From Cyanophora paradoxa CCMP329 (taxonomy: Eukaryota > Plantae > Glaucophyta), in the NCBI GenBank assembly GCA_004431415.1, contig QPMI01000179.1, forward strand, positions 130,987 to 194,986: 64,000 nt of DNA, read 5' to 3'. Under the pieces are notes generated by a model. The model was not told where the DNA came from, made no database searches, and saw only the letters and a list, made by a program, of their open reading frames with translations. The number at the start of each line of letters is the position of its first letter. The first letter of the stretch is position 1. Positions 46,701 to 60,500 of this stretch are shown here, one piece after another. Both the position numbers and the translations under genes were made by a program.

Positions 46701-48670
46701 GGTTTTTCAAAGTGAGACTGCACAGTGGCCGCATTGTGGGGGTGCCGGGTGACCTGGATATTGAGGAAGATATTGAAATACTTATTGACGAAATCGCCAA
46801 CATGGGCGACAACTTTGTGAAAATGATGAACAGAAGGAAGTTTATTGGCATGCTCAAAAAAGAAGTTGAAAACTACAAATTCACTGGTGACTTTTTTGGT
46901 GCTGACAATCTTGTTAGTGTAGATGAGCTATGAATGAAATTATACAATGTAGTTTTTCGCGAAGCACCCGACCTGACAGAGGGTGAAAAATTCAGTATTT
47001 TGCTCGCGCCTACCTTTATAAGGGGCAGCTTATGAGTTTCTTTGTCAGATTGATTTTCCCAATCCCTTTCCGGCTAATTTTGTCGATACTATTTTTGCAA
47101 GACTGAAGGAACGTTTCAACCCTCCAAAAACCGAGGCTAGAGAAATTTTCAACAGCTTGACCCCTTGGTCCCAGAATTACAAGTCATGCAACATCAATGG
47201 GTACTTAGACAAGTCTATTAAAATTGTGAAATTCGCCCAACCAGGTGAACTGGAATGCAATCATGTTGAGAGTATCTTGAAGCAGTTGACTTCCACCCGT
47301 TACAAGTATTTCAATCATCTCGGAATTGCCACGCTTGCTGACTTCAGACAAAAGGTTAGCGATGCAGAAAGGCTACGCGAGATCGATCCTCCTTTTTTTC
47401 GAATGACTGGATCAGCATCAATAGGCGGAAATAATTCTAGAACCTTGGAGAGGGTTCCTCCAGTGAAACCAAATCCAGCTTCTAATTCAATTTTCACGAA
47501 GTTCAGGTACTTGTCCCAACAGAACGGCTCAGTATGACCTCTCTGTTTACAGTGAGAACACACTCGTGGTCCCGAAGAAGAAGCTGAATTAGAAGCTGCA
47601 TTTGGGCCTCTTCAAACAAAAGAAAAATTCTTCGTTCTTGATAATATGTCTCATGATGTGATACTTGGCTGTGATTACTGTGTGAAAAATTCCATTGATA
47701 TTTCTCACTCCACTGGATTAGTCTCATCAACCAAGCATCCTGAATTGGCTGTTCCGCTCTCCTTGCACGAAAGTTGTACTCGTCTTGCAGTCTCTGAAAC
47801 CACAACTATTCCGGCTAATACTGGAGTTAACATTCAGCTCTCGAATCCAACCATTTGTGGAAGTGGTTGTATTATATTCGATTCTTCCTATTTGCATGAT
47901 AAAGAACTGTATGGAATTAATGGAACGAATGTGGTCTGCGATGGCAAAGTCTGGGCTGTGATTTTTGTGATTGTAAATTGCACTACCACTTGCAAGGGTC
48001 ATATTCCCTTGCAAAGTGGTAGCATCGGGAGGTTTTTCAAAGTGAGACTGCACAGTGGCCGCATTGTGGGGGTGCCGGGTGACCTGGATATTGAGGAAGA
48101 TATTGAAATACTTATTGACGAAATCGCCAACATGGGCGACAACTTTGTGAAAATGATGAACAGAAGGAAGTTTATTGGCATGCTCAAAAAAGAAGTTGAA
48201 AACTACAAATTCACTGGTGACTTTTTTGGTGCTGACAATCTTGTTAGTGTAGATGAGCTATGAATGAAATTATACAATGTAGTTTTTCGCGAAGCACCCG
48301 ACCTGACAGAGGGTGAAAAATTCAGTATTTTGCTCGCGCCTACCTTTATAAGGGGCAGCTTATGAGTTTCTTTGTCAGATTGATTTTCCCAATCCCATTC
48401 CGGCTAATTTTGTCGATACTATTTTTGCAAGACTGAAGGAACGTTTCAACCCTCCAAAAACCGAGGCTACAGAAATTTTCAACAGCTTGACCCCTTGGTC
48501 CCAGAATTACAAGTCATGCAACATCAATGGGTACTTAGACAAGTCTATTAAAATTGTGAAATTCGCCCAACCAGGTGAACTGGAATGCAAGCATGTCGAG
48601 AGTATCTTGAAGCAGTTGACTTCCACCCGTTACAAGTATTTCAATCATCTCGGAATTGCCACGCTTGCTG
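40773..48670 (+). repeat. Array C: ~1.34-kb tandem repeat derived from gypsy family 3 (U5 end + PBS + decayed gag + PR/dUTPase-like remnant), 6 PBS copies
   Basis: PBS at 41279, 42621, 43963, 45294, 46687 and 48017. KFIGML..KFTG..MKL..TEGEKFSI is homologous to family 1 gag; SHDVILGRDY is the protease C-terminus. Confidence 0.93.
46179..46646 (+). pseudogene. Chimeric ORF: first 55 codons of the methyltransferase gene fused in frame to the retroelement spacer domain
   Basis: MFAKKNRAQVIAIGIVTLLITMY...RKHG is identical to 48904 onwards, then KNSIDISHSTG.. from array C. Confidence 0.75.
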
Positions 48671-48903
48671 TGCTCTGATAGGGTGATAGCACTCCCCGCG
48701 GGGGGGCTGTGCATTTTGTTTTCCCTTTGGAATGAACCCAAATTGGATGCAAGTAACGAAACATTTCTCCCTGATCGCTACGCAGGCATCCAATTGTAGT
48801 CAACTAGTGTGTACGGTCGGCCAGGGCGAAATCGGCCGGCAAAGAGCCCCCGGCCGTCAAACAGCCCCCGGCTGGCGCGGATTGCAGGAATTGCCTCTGT
48901 ACA

Positions 48904-49822
48904 ATGTTCGCCAAAAAAAATCGTGCACAAGTGATTGCAATCGGTATAGTAACGCTTCTCATAACAATGTACAGCAACCGCTGCTTGCGCACAACAGACG
49001 ATCTCCACGAATCATTTCTGGCGCACGCCCGTTCTGCTGTTCACTCCCTCCGAATGCGGAAGCACGGCATGGAAGAGATGAAGGTCAATGAAGATCTCGC
49101 TAGGCGTCTTTATTCACGTCAATATGTGTGGGATCTTTTTGAGCCAACAGTTTCTTGCAATAAAATCAGGATCGGCGAGGTGTCAGACGGTGGGAAGTGG
49201 GTCTGCACTCCATTACCAAAACCGTGCATTGTTTATTCATTCGGATCCCGCGATGACGTCTCTTTCGAAGAAGATATTTACAAGCTCTCTCAGTGTGAAA
49301 TTCATACATTTGACTTGAACCCGAATACCAAGCAAACACCTTTTCTGAAGTTTCACAGTTTTGGGCTCGGATCATATTCAAACTCGGGGTCTCGCGTGAA
49401 ATCGCTAAGCTCAATCAGGGAAGAGCTTGGCCATAGCCACATTGACGTGCTCAAGATCGATGTGGTAAGCTCCCCTGTAGTTAGCTATACTTCTTTTACT
49501 CAAGTCACCACAGGAAGGAGCTGAATGGGACATTTTTAGAGACATGATTGCACATGATGGACTTCATAGTATTGGCCAACTGCAGATTGAACTTCATTTA
49601 AACGCGCCTGAAGATGGAACCCAATCACAATGGCTGAAGACTCTGTCAGAATTCGTGACAGGGCTTGAAAATCTGGGAATGTACGTGTTCCATAGAGAAC
49701 CAAACATGTTTGCACCACACATTGCGCAAGAGTATGCATTCCTGAATGTATCAAAAGAGCTGCATTATTACATCTTGGAGCACAGTAGAGCTGTCAATGC
49801 CCATCACGATAGTCATAGATAA
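48904..49822 (+). CDS. METTL24/FkbM-like (Methyltransf_22) membrane-anchored methyltransferase, 2 exons (intron 49465-49513)
   Basis: WDLFEP..RIGEVSDGGKWVC, CIVYSFGS, SFEE..CEIHTFD. Removing a 49-bp gtaagc..cacag intron restores IDVLKIDV|EGAEW; QLQIELH, FHREPN. Confidence 0.9.
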
Positions 49823-49969
49823 GCTACAGTGCTCATTGAAGTCTCAGAGCAGTATGGATTCAGTGAGCGGGGTGTTTGAACTTGCTATGAACCCTACAGA
49901 GGGTGCAAGATTTGCTCCGAAGTGCTCGTTTTCGTGTCGTTTTTCAATGAAAGGGTAGTGGCATTGCCC

Positions 49970-50306
49970 CCCCCCCCCCCGACCCCTTTTGCCCCCCAAA
50001 ATCTCACAGGGCCCCCATTGCGCCGGGGCCGCTGGCGGCCCGGGCCAAGGTGAAGAAGCAGAAGCTGACCGAGGGGTCCGCCAAGGCCACCCCTGTCGCC
50101 CCCAGCACTGAGCCCAAACAAAAAATCAGCAAAGGGACATCCTCTCCTCGTCATGCACACCTGACAGAGTGCTCTGGACCACCCAAGGGCTCCCTGCACA
50201 CTGTTTTGTGTGGGTGGGGACCCCTGCGAGATTTTGGGGGGCAACTGGGGGAAGTCCTGACCCCAAAACAAAAAACTAGAAATACAACACCCATTCTCCT
50301 CATGTG
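49970..50306. repeat. Satellite A pieces in both orientations around a short GC-rich fragment
   Basis: ccccaaaatctcacaggg (+), then agcactgagcccaaac...cccattctcctcatgtgaac (-). Confidence 0.85.
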
Positions 50307-50959
50307 AACAATACGGATATCTATAACAAACGGATATCTATAACAAATACGGATATCTATAACAAACCCACGATATTTTCCAGAAACTACAATGATTTGA
50401 CCAATAGACCAACTCTTGATTCCTTTACAGCTACCACTATCAGAGCCATTAATACAATGAATGTAGGATCGGGTCAGATTGTAGAGCCATTAATACAATG
50501 AATGTAGGATCGGGTCAGATTGTAGAACCAGCAGGACCTATGTTTGAAGAAACATGGTTTTTCCTCAATTCCCAAAATTACTTTGATGAGACCTTACTTG
50601 TTTGAAGAAATGCATCTGCGAGGAATTTCTATGCTATGAACCCTTCAAATAATGCGACTATCAGTAGATGTATTACAGAAGCAGATCTTTCCATTCAACT
50701 CAATTCATGGTTTAATGGGAAAATTCAAGCAGGGAAGAATGTTTACACTACTCCAGTTTTAAAATACAACAATCTATATGTTTTCAATCTAACTATCTAT
50801 TTTAACAATGCCTTTGCTTCTCCTTCTGTTGTGACAGCATCAGTAAGGCATGAAGGACAAGATCCAAATTATCAACAATCTATGAAAATCCCAAACTATG
50901 AACTTGGAGCAAAATCACCACATAGCACCTCTCATGAAATCTTTGATTCTACACCCTGA
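50307..50959 (+). pseudogene. AT-rich remnant of a virus-like fibre or tail protein
   Basis: TDIYNKPTIFSRNYNDLTNRPT resembles the (F)SG.YNDL.NKP repeat of phage and large-DNA-virus fibre proteins. Broken by short internal duplications and a stop. Confidence 0.5.
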
Positions 50960-50969
50960 AATATATCCA

Positions 50970-51567
50970 CTGGGTCCCCACCCACACAAAACAGTGGGCA
51001 GGGAGAACTGGATTGTTCCAGAGCACTCTGTCAGGTTCACATGAGGAGAATGGGTGTTGCAGTTCTAGTTTCTTGTTTGGGTGTCAGCGCTTCCCCCTGT
51101 TGCCCCCCAAAAACTCACACAGGGGTCCCCATCCATACAAAAAAGTGGGCAGGGAGCCCTGGGGTGTTTCAGAGCACTCTGTCAGGTTTGGATTATTCAA
51201 ATGGGTGCCGCTTTTGGGGTTCTTATTTGAGTTCAATGCTCCCCCTATTGCTTCCCAGAATCTTACAGGGGTCCATGTCCACACAAAACAGTGTGCAGGG
51301 AGCCCTGGGGTGTTCCAGAGCACTCTGTCAGGTTCACATGAGGAGAATGGGTGTTGTTTTTCTAGTTTCTTGTTTGGGGGTCAGCGCTTCCCCCTGTTGC
51401 ACCCCAAAAACTCACAGGGGTCCCCACCCACACAAAACAGTGGGCAGGGAGTGCTGGAGTGTTCCAGAACACTCAATCAGGTTTTGGATGAGGCGAATAG
51501 GTGTTGTTTTTCTATTTTTTGTTTTGGGGTCAGCACTTCCCCCAGTTGCCCCTCCAAAATCTCACAG
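50970..51567 (+). repeat. Satellite A, ~4 diverged monomers
   Basis: Satellite A motifs; joins satellite D at acaggacccacccac. Confidence 0.92.
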
Positions 51568-54500
51568 GACCCACCCACCAGCAAGTCACTTAGTTGAAGG
51601 CCCCAGGTTTCTGATCCGCCACAAAATAGAAGAAGGATGCACCCCAAATCTCTCTGGGGGAATATGCACAAGGCGCTAGCCTTAGGCAGATGACCCACCC
51701 ACCAGCAAGTCACTCAGTCAAAGGCCCCAGGTTTCCAATCTGCCAGAAAAAAGAAGAAAGATGCACCCCAAATCTCTCTGGGGAATATGCACAAGGCGCT
51801 AGCCTTAGGCAGATGACCCACCCACCAGCAAGTCACTCAGTTGAAGGCCCCAGGTTTCTGATCCGCCACAAAATAGAAGAAAGATGCACCCCAAATCTCT
51901 CTGGGGGAATATGCACAAGGCGCTAGCCTTAGGCAGATGACCCACCCACCAGCAAGTCACTCAGTCGAAGGCCCCAGGTTTCTGATCCGCCACAAAATAG
52001 AAGAAAGATGCACCCCAAATCTCTCTGGGGGAATATGCACAAGGCGCTAGCCTTAGGCAGATGACCCACCCACCAGCAAGTCACTCAGTTGAAGGCCCCA
52101 GGTTTCTGATCTGCCACAAAATAGAAGAAGATGCACCCCAAATCTCTCTGGGGGAATATGCACAAGGCTCTAGCCTTAGGCAGATGACCCACCCACCAGC
52201 AAGTCACTCAGTTGAAGGCCCCAGGTTTCCGATCTGCCACAAAATAGAAGAAGGATGCACCCCAAATCTCTCTGGGGGAATATGCACAAGGCGCTAGCCT
52301 TAGGCAGATGACCCACCCACCAGCAAGTCACTCAGTCGAAGGCCCCAGGTCTCCGATCTGCCACAAAATAGAAGAAGGATGCACCCCAAATCTCTCTGGG
52401 GGAATATGCACAAGGCGCTAGCCTTAGGCAGATGACCCACCCACCAGCAAGTCACTCAGTCGAAGGCCCCAGGTTTCGATCGCCACAAAATAGAAGAAAG
52501 ATGCACCCCAAATCTCTCTGGGGAATATGCACAAGGCGCTAGCCTTAGGCAGATGACCCACCCACCAGCAAGTCACTCAGTCGAAGGCCCCAGGTTTCGA
52601 TCGCCACAAAATAGAAGAAGATGCACCCAAATCTCTCTGGGGAATATGCACAAGGCGCTAGCCTTAGGCAGATGACCCACCCACCAGCAAGTCACTCAGT
52701 CAAGGCCCCAGGTTTCGATCTGCCACAAAATAGAAGAAGGATGCACCCCAAATCTCTCTGGGGGAATATGCACAAGGCGCTAGCCTTAGGCAGATGACCC
52801 ACCCACCAGCAAGTCACTCAGTCAAAGGCCCCAGGTTTCCGATCTGCCACAAAATAGAAGAAGGATGCACCCCAAATCTCTCTGGGGGAATATGCACAAG
52901 GCGCTAGCCTTAGGCAGATGACCCACCCACCAGCAAGTCACTCAGTCAAAGGCCCCAGGTTTCCGATCTGCCACAAAATAGAAGAAAGATGCACTCCAAA
53001 TCTCTCTGGGGGAATATGCACAAGGCGCTAGCCTTAGGCAGATGACCCACCCACCAGCAAGTCACTCAGTCGAAGGCCCCAGGTTTCCGATCTGCCACAA
53101 AATAGAAGAAGATGCACCCCAAATCTCTCTGGGGGAATATGCACAAGGCGCTAGCCTTAGGCAGATGACCCACCCACCAGCAAGTCACTCAGTCGAAGGC
53201 CCCAGGTTTCGATCTGCCACAAAATAGAAGAAAGATGCACCCCAAATCTCTCTGGGGGAATATGCACAAGGCGCTAGCCTTAGGCAGATGACCCACCCAC
53301 CAGCAAGTCACTCAGATGAAGGCCCCAGGTTTCCGATCTGCCACAAAATAGAAGAAAGATGCACCCCAAATCTCTCTGGGGAATATGCACAAGGCGCTAG
53401 CCTTAGGCAGATGACCCACCCACCAGCAAGTCACTCAGTCGAAGGCCCCAGGTTTCGGATCTGCCACAAAATAGAAGAAAGATGCACCCAAATCTCTCTG
53501 GGGGAATATGCACAAGGCGCTAGCCTTAGGCAGATGACCCACCCACCAGCAAGTCACTCAGTCAAGGCCCAGGTTTCCATCTGCCACAAAATAGAAGAAG
53601 ATGCACCCAAATCTCTCTGGGGAATATGCACAAGGCGCTAGCCTTAGGCAGATGACCCACCACCAGCAAGTCACTCAGTCAAGGCCCCAGGTTTCGATCG
53701 CCACAAAATAGAAGAAGATGCACCCAAATCTCTCTGGGGAATATGCACAAGGCGCTAGCCTTAGGCAGATGACCCACCCACCAGCAAGTCACTCAGTCGA
53801 AGGCCCCAGGTTTCCGATCTGCCACAAAATAGAAGAAAGATGCACTCCAAATCTCTCTGGGGGAATATGCACAAGGCGCTAGCCTTAGGCAGATGACCCA
53901 CCCACCAGCAAGTCACTCAGTCGAAGGCCCCAGGTTTCGGATCTGCCACAAAATAGAAGAAAGATGCACTCCAAATCTCTCTGGGGGAATATGCACAAGG
54001 CGCTAGCCTTAGGCAGATGACCCACCCACCAGCAAGTCACTCAGTCGAAGGCCCCAGGTTTCGATCTGCCACAAAATAGAAGAAAGATGCACCCAAATCT
54101 CTCTGGGGAATATGCACAAGGCGCTAGCCTTAGGCAGATGACCCACCCACCAGCAAGTCACTCAGTCAAGGCCCCAGGTTTCCGATCTGCCACAAAATAG
54201 AAGAAAGATGCACCCAAATCTCTCTGGGGAATATGCACAAGGCGCTAGCCTTAGGCAGATGACCCACCCACCAGCAAGTCACTCAGTCAAGGCCCCAGGT
54301 TTCCGATCTGCCACAAAATAGAAGAAAGATGCACCCCAAATCTCTCTGGGGAATATGCACAAGGCGCTAGCCTTAGGCAGATGACCCACCCACCAGCAAG
54401 TCACTCAGTCAAGGCCCCAGGTTTCCGATCCGCCACAAAATAGAAGGAAGATGCACCCCAAATCTCTCTGGGCGAATATCCACAAGGCGCTAGCCTTAGG

Positions 54501-57500
54501 CAGATGACCCACCCACCAGCAACCCAGTCACTGCAAAATAGAAGATGCACCAATCTCTCTGGGAATATGCACAAGGCCTAGCCTTAGGCAGATGACCCAC
54601 CACAGCAAGTCACTCAGTAAGCCCAGGTTTCGATCGCCACAAAATAGAAGAAGATGCACCCCAAATCTCTCTGGGGAATATGCACAAGGCGCTAGCCTTA
54701 GGCAGATGACCCACCCACCAGCAAGTCACTCAGTCGAAGGCCCCAGGTTTCCGATCTGCCACAAAATAGAAGAAGATGCACCCAAATCTCTCTGGGGAAT
54801 ATGCACAAGGCGCTAGCCTTAGGCAGATGACCCACCCACCAGCAAGTCACTCAGTCAAGGCCCCAGGTTTCCGATCTGCCACAAAATAGAAGAAAGATGC
54901 ACCCAAATCTCTCTGGGGAATATGCACAAGGCGCTAGCCTTAGGCAGATGACCCACCCACACAGTCACCAGTCAAAAGTCACCAATTCTCTGGGAATATG
55001 CACAAGGCTAGCCTAGCAGATGACCCCCCAGCAAGTCACTCAGTAAGCCCAGGTTCGATCGCCACAAAATAGAAGAAAGATGCACTCCAAATCTCTCTGG
55101 GGGAATATGCACAAGGCGCTAGCCTTAGGCAGATGACCCACCCACCAGCAAGTCACTCAGTCGAAGGCCCCAGGTTTCCGATCTGCCACAAAATAGAAGA
55201 AGGATGCACCCCAAATCTCTCTGGGGGAATATGCACAAGGCGCTAGCCTTAGGCAGATGACCCACCCACCAGCAAGTCACTCAGTCGAAGGCCCCAGGTT
55301 TCCGATCTGCCACAAAATAGAAGAAAGATGCACCCCAAATCTCTCTGGGGGAATATGCACAAGGCGCTAGCCTTAGGCAGATGACCCACCCACCAGCAAG
55401 TCACTCAGTCGAAGGCCCCAGGTTTCCGATCTGCCACAAAATAGAAGAAAGATGCACCCCAAATCTCTCTGGGGGAATATGCACAAGGCGCTAGCCTTAG
55501 GCAGATGACCCACCCACCAGCAAGTCACTCAGTCGAAGGCCCCAGGTTTCCGATCTGCCACAAAATAGAAGAAAGATGCACCCAAATCTCTCTGGGGGAA
55601 TATGCCCAAGGCGCTAGCCTTAGGCAGATGACCCACCCTCCAGCAAGTCACCCAGTCAGAGACCGCAGGTTTCTCATCTGCCACAAAATAGAAGAAAGAT
55701 GCACCCAAATCTCTCTGGGGAATATGCACAAGGCGCTAGCCTTAGGCAGATGACCCACCCACCAGCAAGTCACTCAGTCAAGGCCCAGGTTTCCGATCTG
55801 CCACAAAATAGAAGAAAGATGCACCCCAAATCTCTCTGGGGAATATGCACAAGGCGCTAGCCTTAGGCAGATGACCCACCCACCAGCAAGTCACTCAGTC
55901 AAGGCCCCAGGTTTCCGATCTGCCACAAAATAGAAGAAAGATGCACCCCAAATCTCTCTGGGGAATATGCACAAGGCGCTAGCCTTAGGCAGATGACCCA
56001 CCCACCAGCAAGTCACTCAGTCGAAGGCCCCAGGTTTCCGATCTGCCACAAAATAGAAGAAAGATGCACCCAAATCTCTCTGGGGAATATGCACAAGGCG
56101 CTAGCCTTAGGCAGATGACCCACCCACCAGCAAGTCACTCAGTCGAAGGCCCCAGGTTTCCGATCTGCCACAAAATAGAAGAAAGATGCACCCAAATCTC
56201 TCTGGGGAATATGCACAAGGCGCTAGCCTTAGGCAGATGACCCACCCACCAGCAAGTCACTCAGTCGAAGGCCCCAGGTTTCCGATCTGCCACAAAATAG
56301 AAGAAAGATGCACCCCAAATCTCTCTGGGGAATATGCACAAGGCGCTAGCCTTAGGCAGATGACCCACCCACCAGCAAGTCACTCAGTCAGAGGCCCCAG
56401 GTTTCCGATCTGCCACAAAATAGAAGAAAGATGCACCCAAATCTCTCTGGGGGAATATGCACAAGGCGCTAGCCTTAGGCAGATGACCCACCCACCAGCA
56501 AGTCACTCAGTCGAAGGCCCCAGGTTTCCGATCTGCCACAAAATAGAAGAAGGATGCACCCCAAATCTCTCTGGGGGAATATGCACAAGGCGCTAGCCTT
56601 AGGCAGATGACCCACCCACCAGCAAGTCACTCAGTCAAGGCCCCAGGTTTCCGATCTGCCACAAAATAGAAGAAAGATGCACCCCAAATCTCTCTGGGGG
56701 AATATGCACAAGGCGCTAGCCTTAGGCAGATGACCCACCCACCAGCAAGTCACTCAGTCAAGGCCCCAGGTTTCCGATCTGCCACAAAATAGAAGAAAGA
56801 TGCACCCCAAATCTCTCTGGGGAATATGCACAAGGCGCTAGCCTTAGGCAGATGACCCACCCACCAGCAAGTCACTCAGTCGAAGGCCCAGGTTTCCGAT
56901 CTGCCACAAAATAGAAGAAAGATGCACCCAAATCTCTCTGGGGAATATGCACAAGGCGCTAGCCTTAGGCAGATGACCCACCCACCAGCAAGTCACTCAG
57001 TCAAGGCCCCAGGTTTCCGATCTGCCACAAAATAGAAGAAAGATGCACCCAAATCTCTCTGGGGAATATGCACAAGGCGCTAGCCTTAGGCAGATGACCC
57101 ACCCACCAGCAAGTCACTCAGTCGAAGGCCCCAGGTTTCCGATCTGCCACAAAATAGAAGAAAGATGCACCCCAAATCTCTCTGGGGAATATGCACAAGG
57201 CGCTAGCCTTAGGCAGATGACCCACCCACCAGCAAGTCACTCAGTCAAGGCCCCAGGTTTCCGATCTGCCACAAAATAGAAGAAGATGCACCCCAAATCT
57301 CTCTGGGGAATATGCACAAGGCGCTAGCCTTAGGCAGATGACCCACCCACCAGCAAGTCACTCAGTCGAAGGCCCCAGGTTTCCGATCTGCCACAAAATA
57401 GAAGAAAGATGCACCCAAATCTCTCTGGGGAATATGCACAAGGCGCTAGCCTTAGGCAGATGACCCACCCACCAGCAAGTCACTCAGTCAAGGCCCCAGG

Positions 57501-60500
57501 TTTCCGATCTGCCACAAAATAGAAGAAAGATGCACCCCAAATCTCTCTGGGGAATATGCACAAGGCGCTAGCCTTAGGCAGATGACCCACCACCAGTCAA
57601 GCCATGCCAAAAGAAATGCACCAATCTCTGGGAATACAAGCCTAGCAGATGACCCACAGCATCATCAGTCAAGGCCCAGGTTTCCGATCTGCCACAAAAT
57701 AGAAGAAAGATGCACCCCAAATCTCTCTGGGGAATATGCACAAGGCGCTAGCCTTAGGCAGATGACCCACCCACCAGCAAGTCACTCAGTCGAAGGCCCC
57801 AGGTTTCCGATCTGCCACAAAATAGAAGAAAGATGCACCCAAATCTCTCTGGGGAATATGCACAAGGCGCTAGCCTTAGGCAGATGACCCACCCACCAGC
57901 AAGTCACTCAGTCGAAGGCCCCAGGTTTCCGATCTGCCACAAAATAGAAGAAAGATGCACCCAAATCTCTCTGGGGAATATGCACAAGGCGCTAGCCTTA
58001 GGCAGATGACCCACCCACCAGCAAGTCACTCAGTCAAGGCCCCAGGTTTCCGATCTGCCACAAAATAGAAGAAAGATGCACCCAAATCTCTCTGGGGAAT
58101 ATGCACAAGGCGCTAGCCTTAGGCAGATGACCCACCCACCAGCAAGTCACTCAGTCAAGGCCCCAGGTTTCCGATCTGCCACAAAATAGAAGAAGATGCA
58201 CCCAAATCTCTCTGGGGAATATGCACAAGGCGCTAGCCTTAGGCAGATGACCCACCCACCAGCAAGTCACTCAGTCAAGGCCCCAGGTTTCCGATCTGCC
58301 ACAAAATAGAAGAAAGATGCACCCCAAATCTCTCTGGGGAATATGCACAAGGCGCTAGCCTTAGGCAGATGACCCACCCACCAGCAAGTCACTCAGTCAA
58401 GGCCCCAGGTTTCCGATCTGCCACAAAATAGAAGAAAGATGCACCCCAAATCTCTCTGGGGAATATGCACAAGGCGCTAGCCTTAGGCAGATGACCCACC
58501 CACCAGCAAGTCACTCAGTCAAGGCCCCAGGTTTCCGATCTGCCACAAAATAGAAGAAAGATGCACCCCAAATCTCTCTGGGGGAATATGCACAAGGCGC
58601 TAGCCTTAGGCAGATGACCCACCCACCAGAAAGTCACTCAGTCGAAGGGCCCAGGTTTCCGATCTGCCACAAAATAGAAGAAAGATGCACCCCAAATCTC
58701 TCTGGAGGAATATGCACAAGGCGCTAGCCTTAGGAAGATGACCCACCCACCAGCAAGTCACTCAGTCAAAGGCCCCAGGTTTCCGATCTGCCACAAAATA
58801 GAAGAAAGATGCACCCAAATCTCTCTGGGGAATATGCACAAGGCGCTAGCCTTAGGCAGATGACCCACCCACCAGCAAGTCACTCAGTCAAGGCCCCAGG
58901 TTTCCGATCTGCCACAAAATAGAAGAAAGATGCACCCAAATCTCTCTGGGGAATATGCACAAGGCGCTAGCCTTAGGCAGATGACCCACCCACCAGCAAG
59001 TCACTCAGTCAAGGCCCCAGGTTTCCGATCTGCCACAAAATAGAAGAAAGATGCACCCAAATCTCTCTGGGGAATATGCACAAGGCGCTAGCCTTAGGCA
59101 GATGACCCACCCACCAGCAAGTCACTCAGTCGAAGGCCCCAGGTTTCGATCTGCCACAAAATAGAAGAAGATGCACCCCAAATCTCTCTGGGGAATATGC
59201 ACAAGGCGCTAGCCTTAGGCAGATGACCCACCCACCAGCAAGTCACTCAGTCAAGGCCCCAGGTTTCCGATCTGCCACAAAATAGAAGAAGATGCACCCA
59301 AATCTCTCTGGGGAATATGCACAAGGCGCTAGCCTTAGGCAGATGACCCACCCACCAGCAAGTCACTCAGTCAAGGCCCCAGGTTTCCGATCTGCCACAA
59401 AATAGAAGAAGATGCACCCAAATCTCTCTGGGGAATATGCACAAGGCGCTAGCCTTAGGCAGATGACCCACCCACCAGCAAGTCACTCAGTCAAGGCCCC
59501 AGGTTTCCGATCTGCCACAAAATAGAAGAAGATGCACCCAAATCTCTCTGGGGAATATGCACAAGGCGCTAGCCTTAGGCAGATGACCCACCCACCAGCA
59601 AGTCACTCAGTCAAGGCCCCAGGTTTCCGATCTGCCACAAAATAGAAGAAAGATGCACCCCAAATCTCTCTGGGGAATATGCACAAGGCGCTAGCCTTAG
59701 GCAGATGACCCACCCACCAGCAAGTCACTCAGTCAAGGCCCCAGGTTTCCGATCTGCCACAAAATAGAAGAAGATGCACCCCAAATCTCTCTGGGGAATA
59801 TGCACAAGGCGCTAGCCTTAGGCAGATGACCCACCCACCAGCAAGTCACTCAGTCAAGGCCCCAGGTTTCCGATCTGCCACAAAATAGAAGAAGATGCAC
59901 CCAAATCTCTCTGGGGAATATGCACAAGGCGCTAGCCTTAGGCAGATGACCCACCCACCAGCAAGTCACTCAGTCGAAGGCCCCAGGTTTCCGATCTGCC
60001 ACAAAATAGAAGAAGATGCACCCAAATCTCTCTGGGGAATATGCACAAGGCGCTAGCCTTAGGCAGATGACCCACCCACCAGCAAGTCACTCAGTCAAAG
60101 GCCCCAGGTTTCCATCTGCCACAAAATAGAAGAAGGATGCACCCCAAATCTCTCTGGGGGAATATGCACAAGGCGCTAGCCTTAGGCAGATGACCCACCC
60201 ACCAGCAAGTCACTCAGTCGAAGGCCCCAGGTTTCCGATCTGCCACAAAATAGAAGAAGGATGCACCCCAAATCTCTCTGGGGGAATATGCACAAGGCGC
60301 TAGCCTTAGGCAGATGACCCACCCACCAGCAAGTCACTCAGTCGAAGGCCCCAGGTTTCCGATCTGCCACAAAATAGAAGAAGGATGCACCCCAAATCTC
60401 TCTGGGGGAATATGCACAAGGCGCTAGCCTTAGGCAGATGACCCACCCACCAGCAAGTCACTCAGTCGAAGGCCCCAGGTTTCCGATCTGCCACAAAATA

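Noticed and set aside
54520-57670. Degenerate, deletion-rich monomers at ~54520-54630, 54960-55060 and 57590-57670 as variant repeats
   Set aside because: Scattered base dropouts look like long-read consensus or polishing artefacts.
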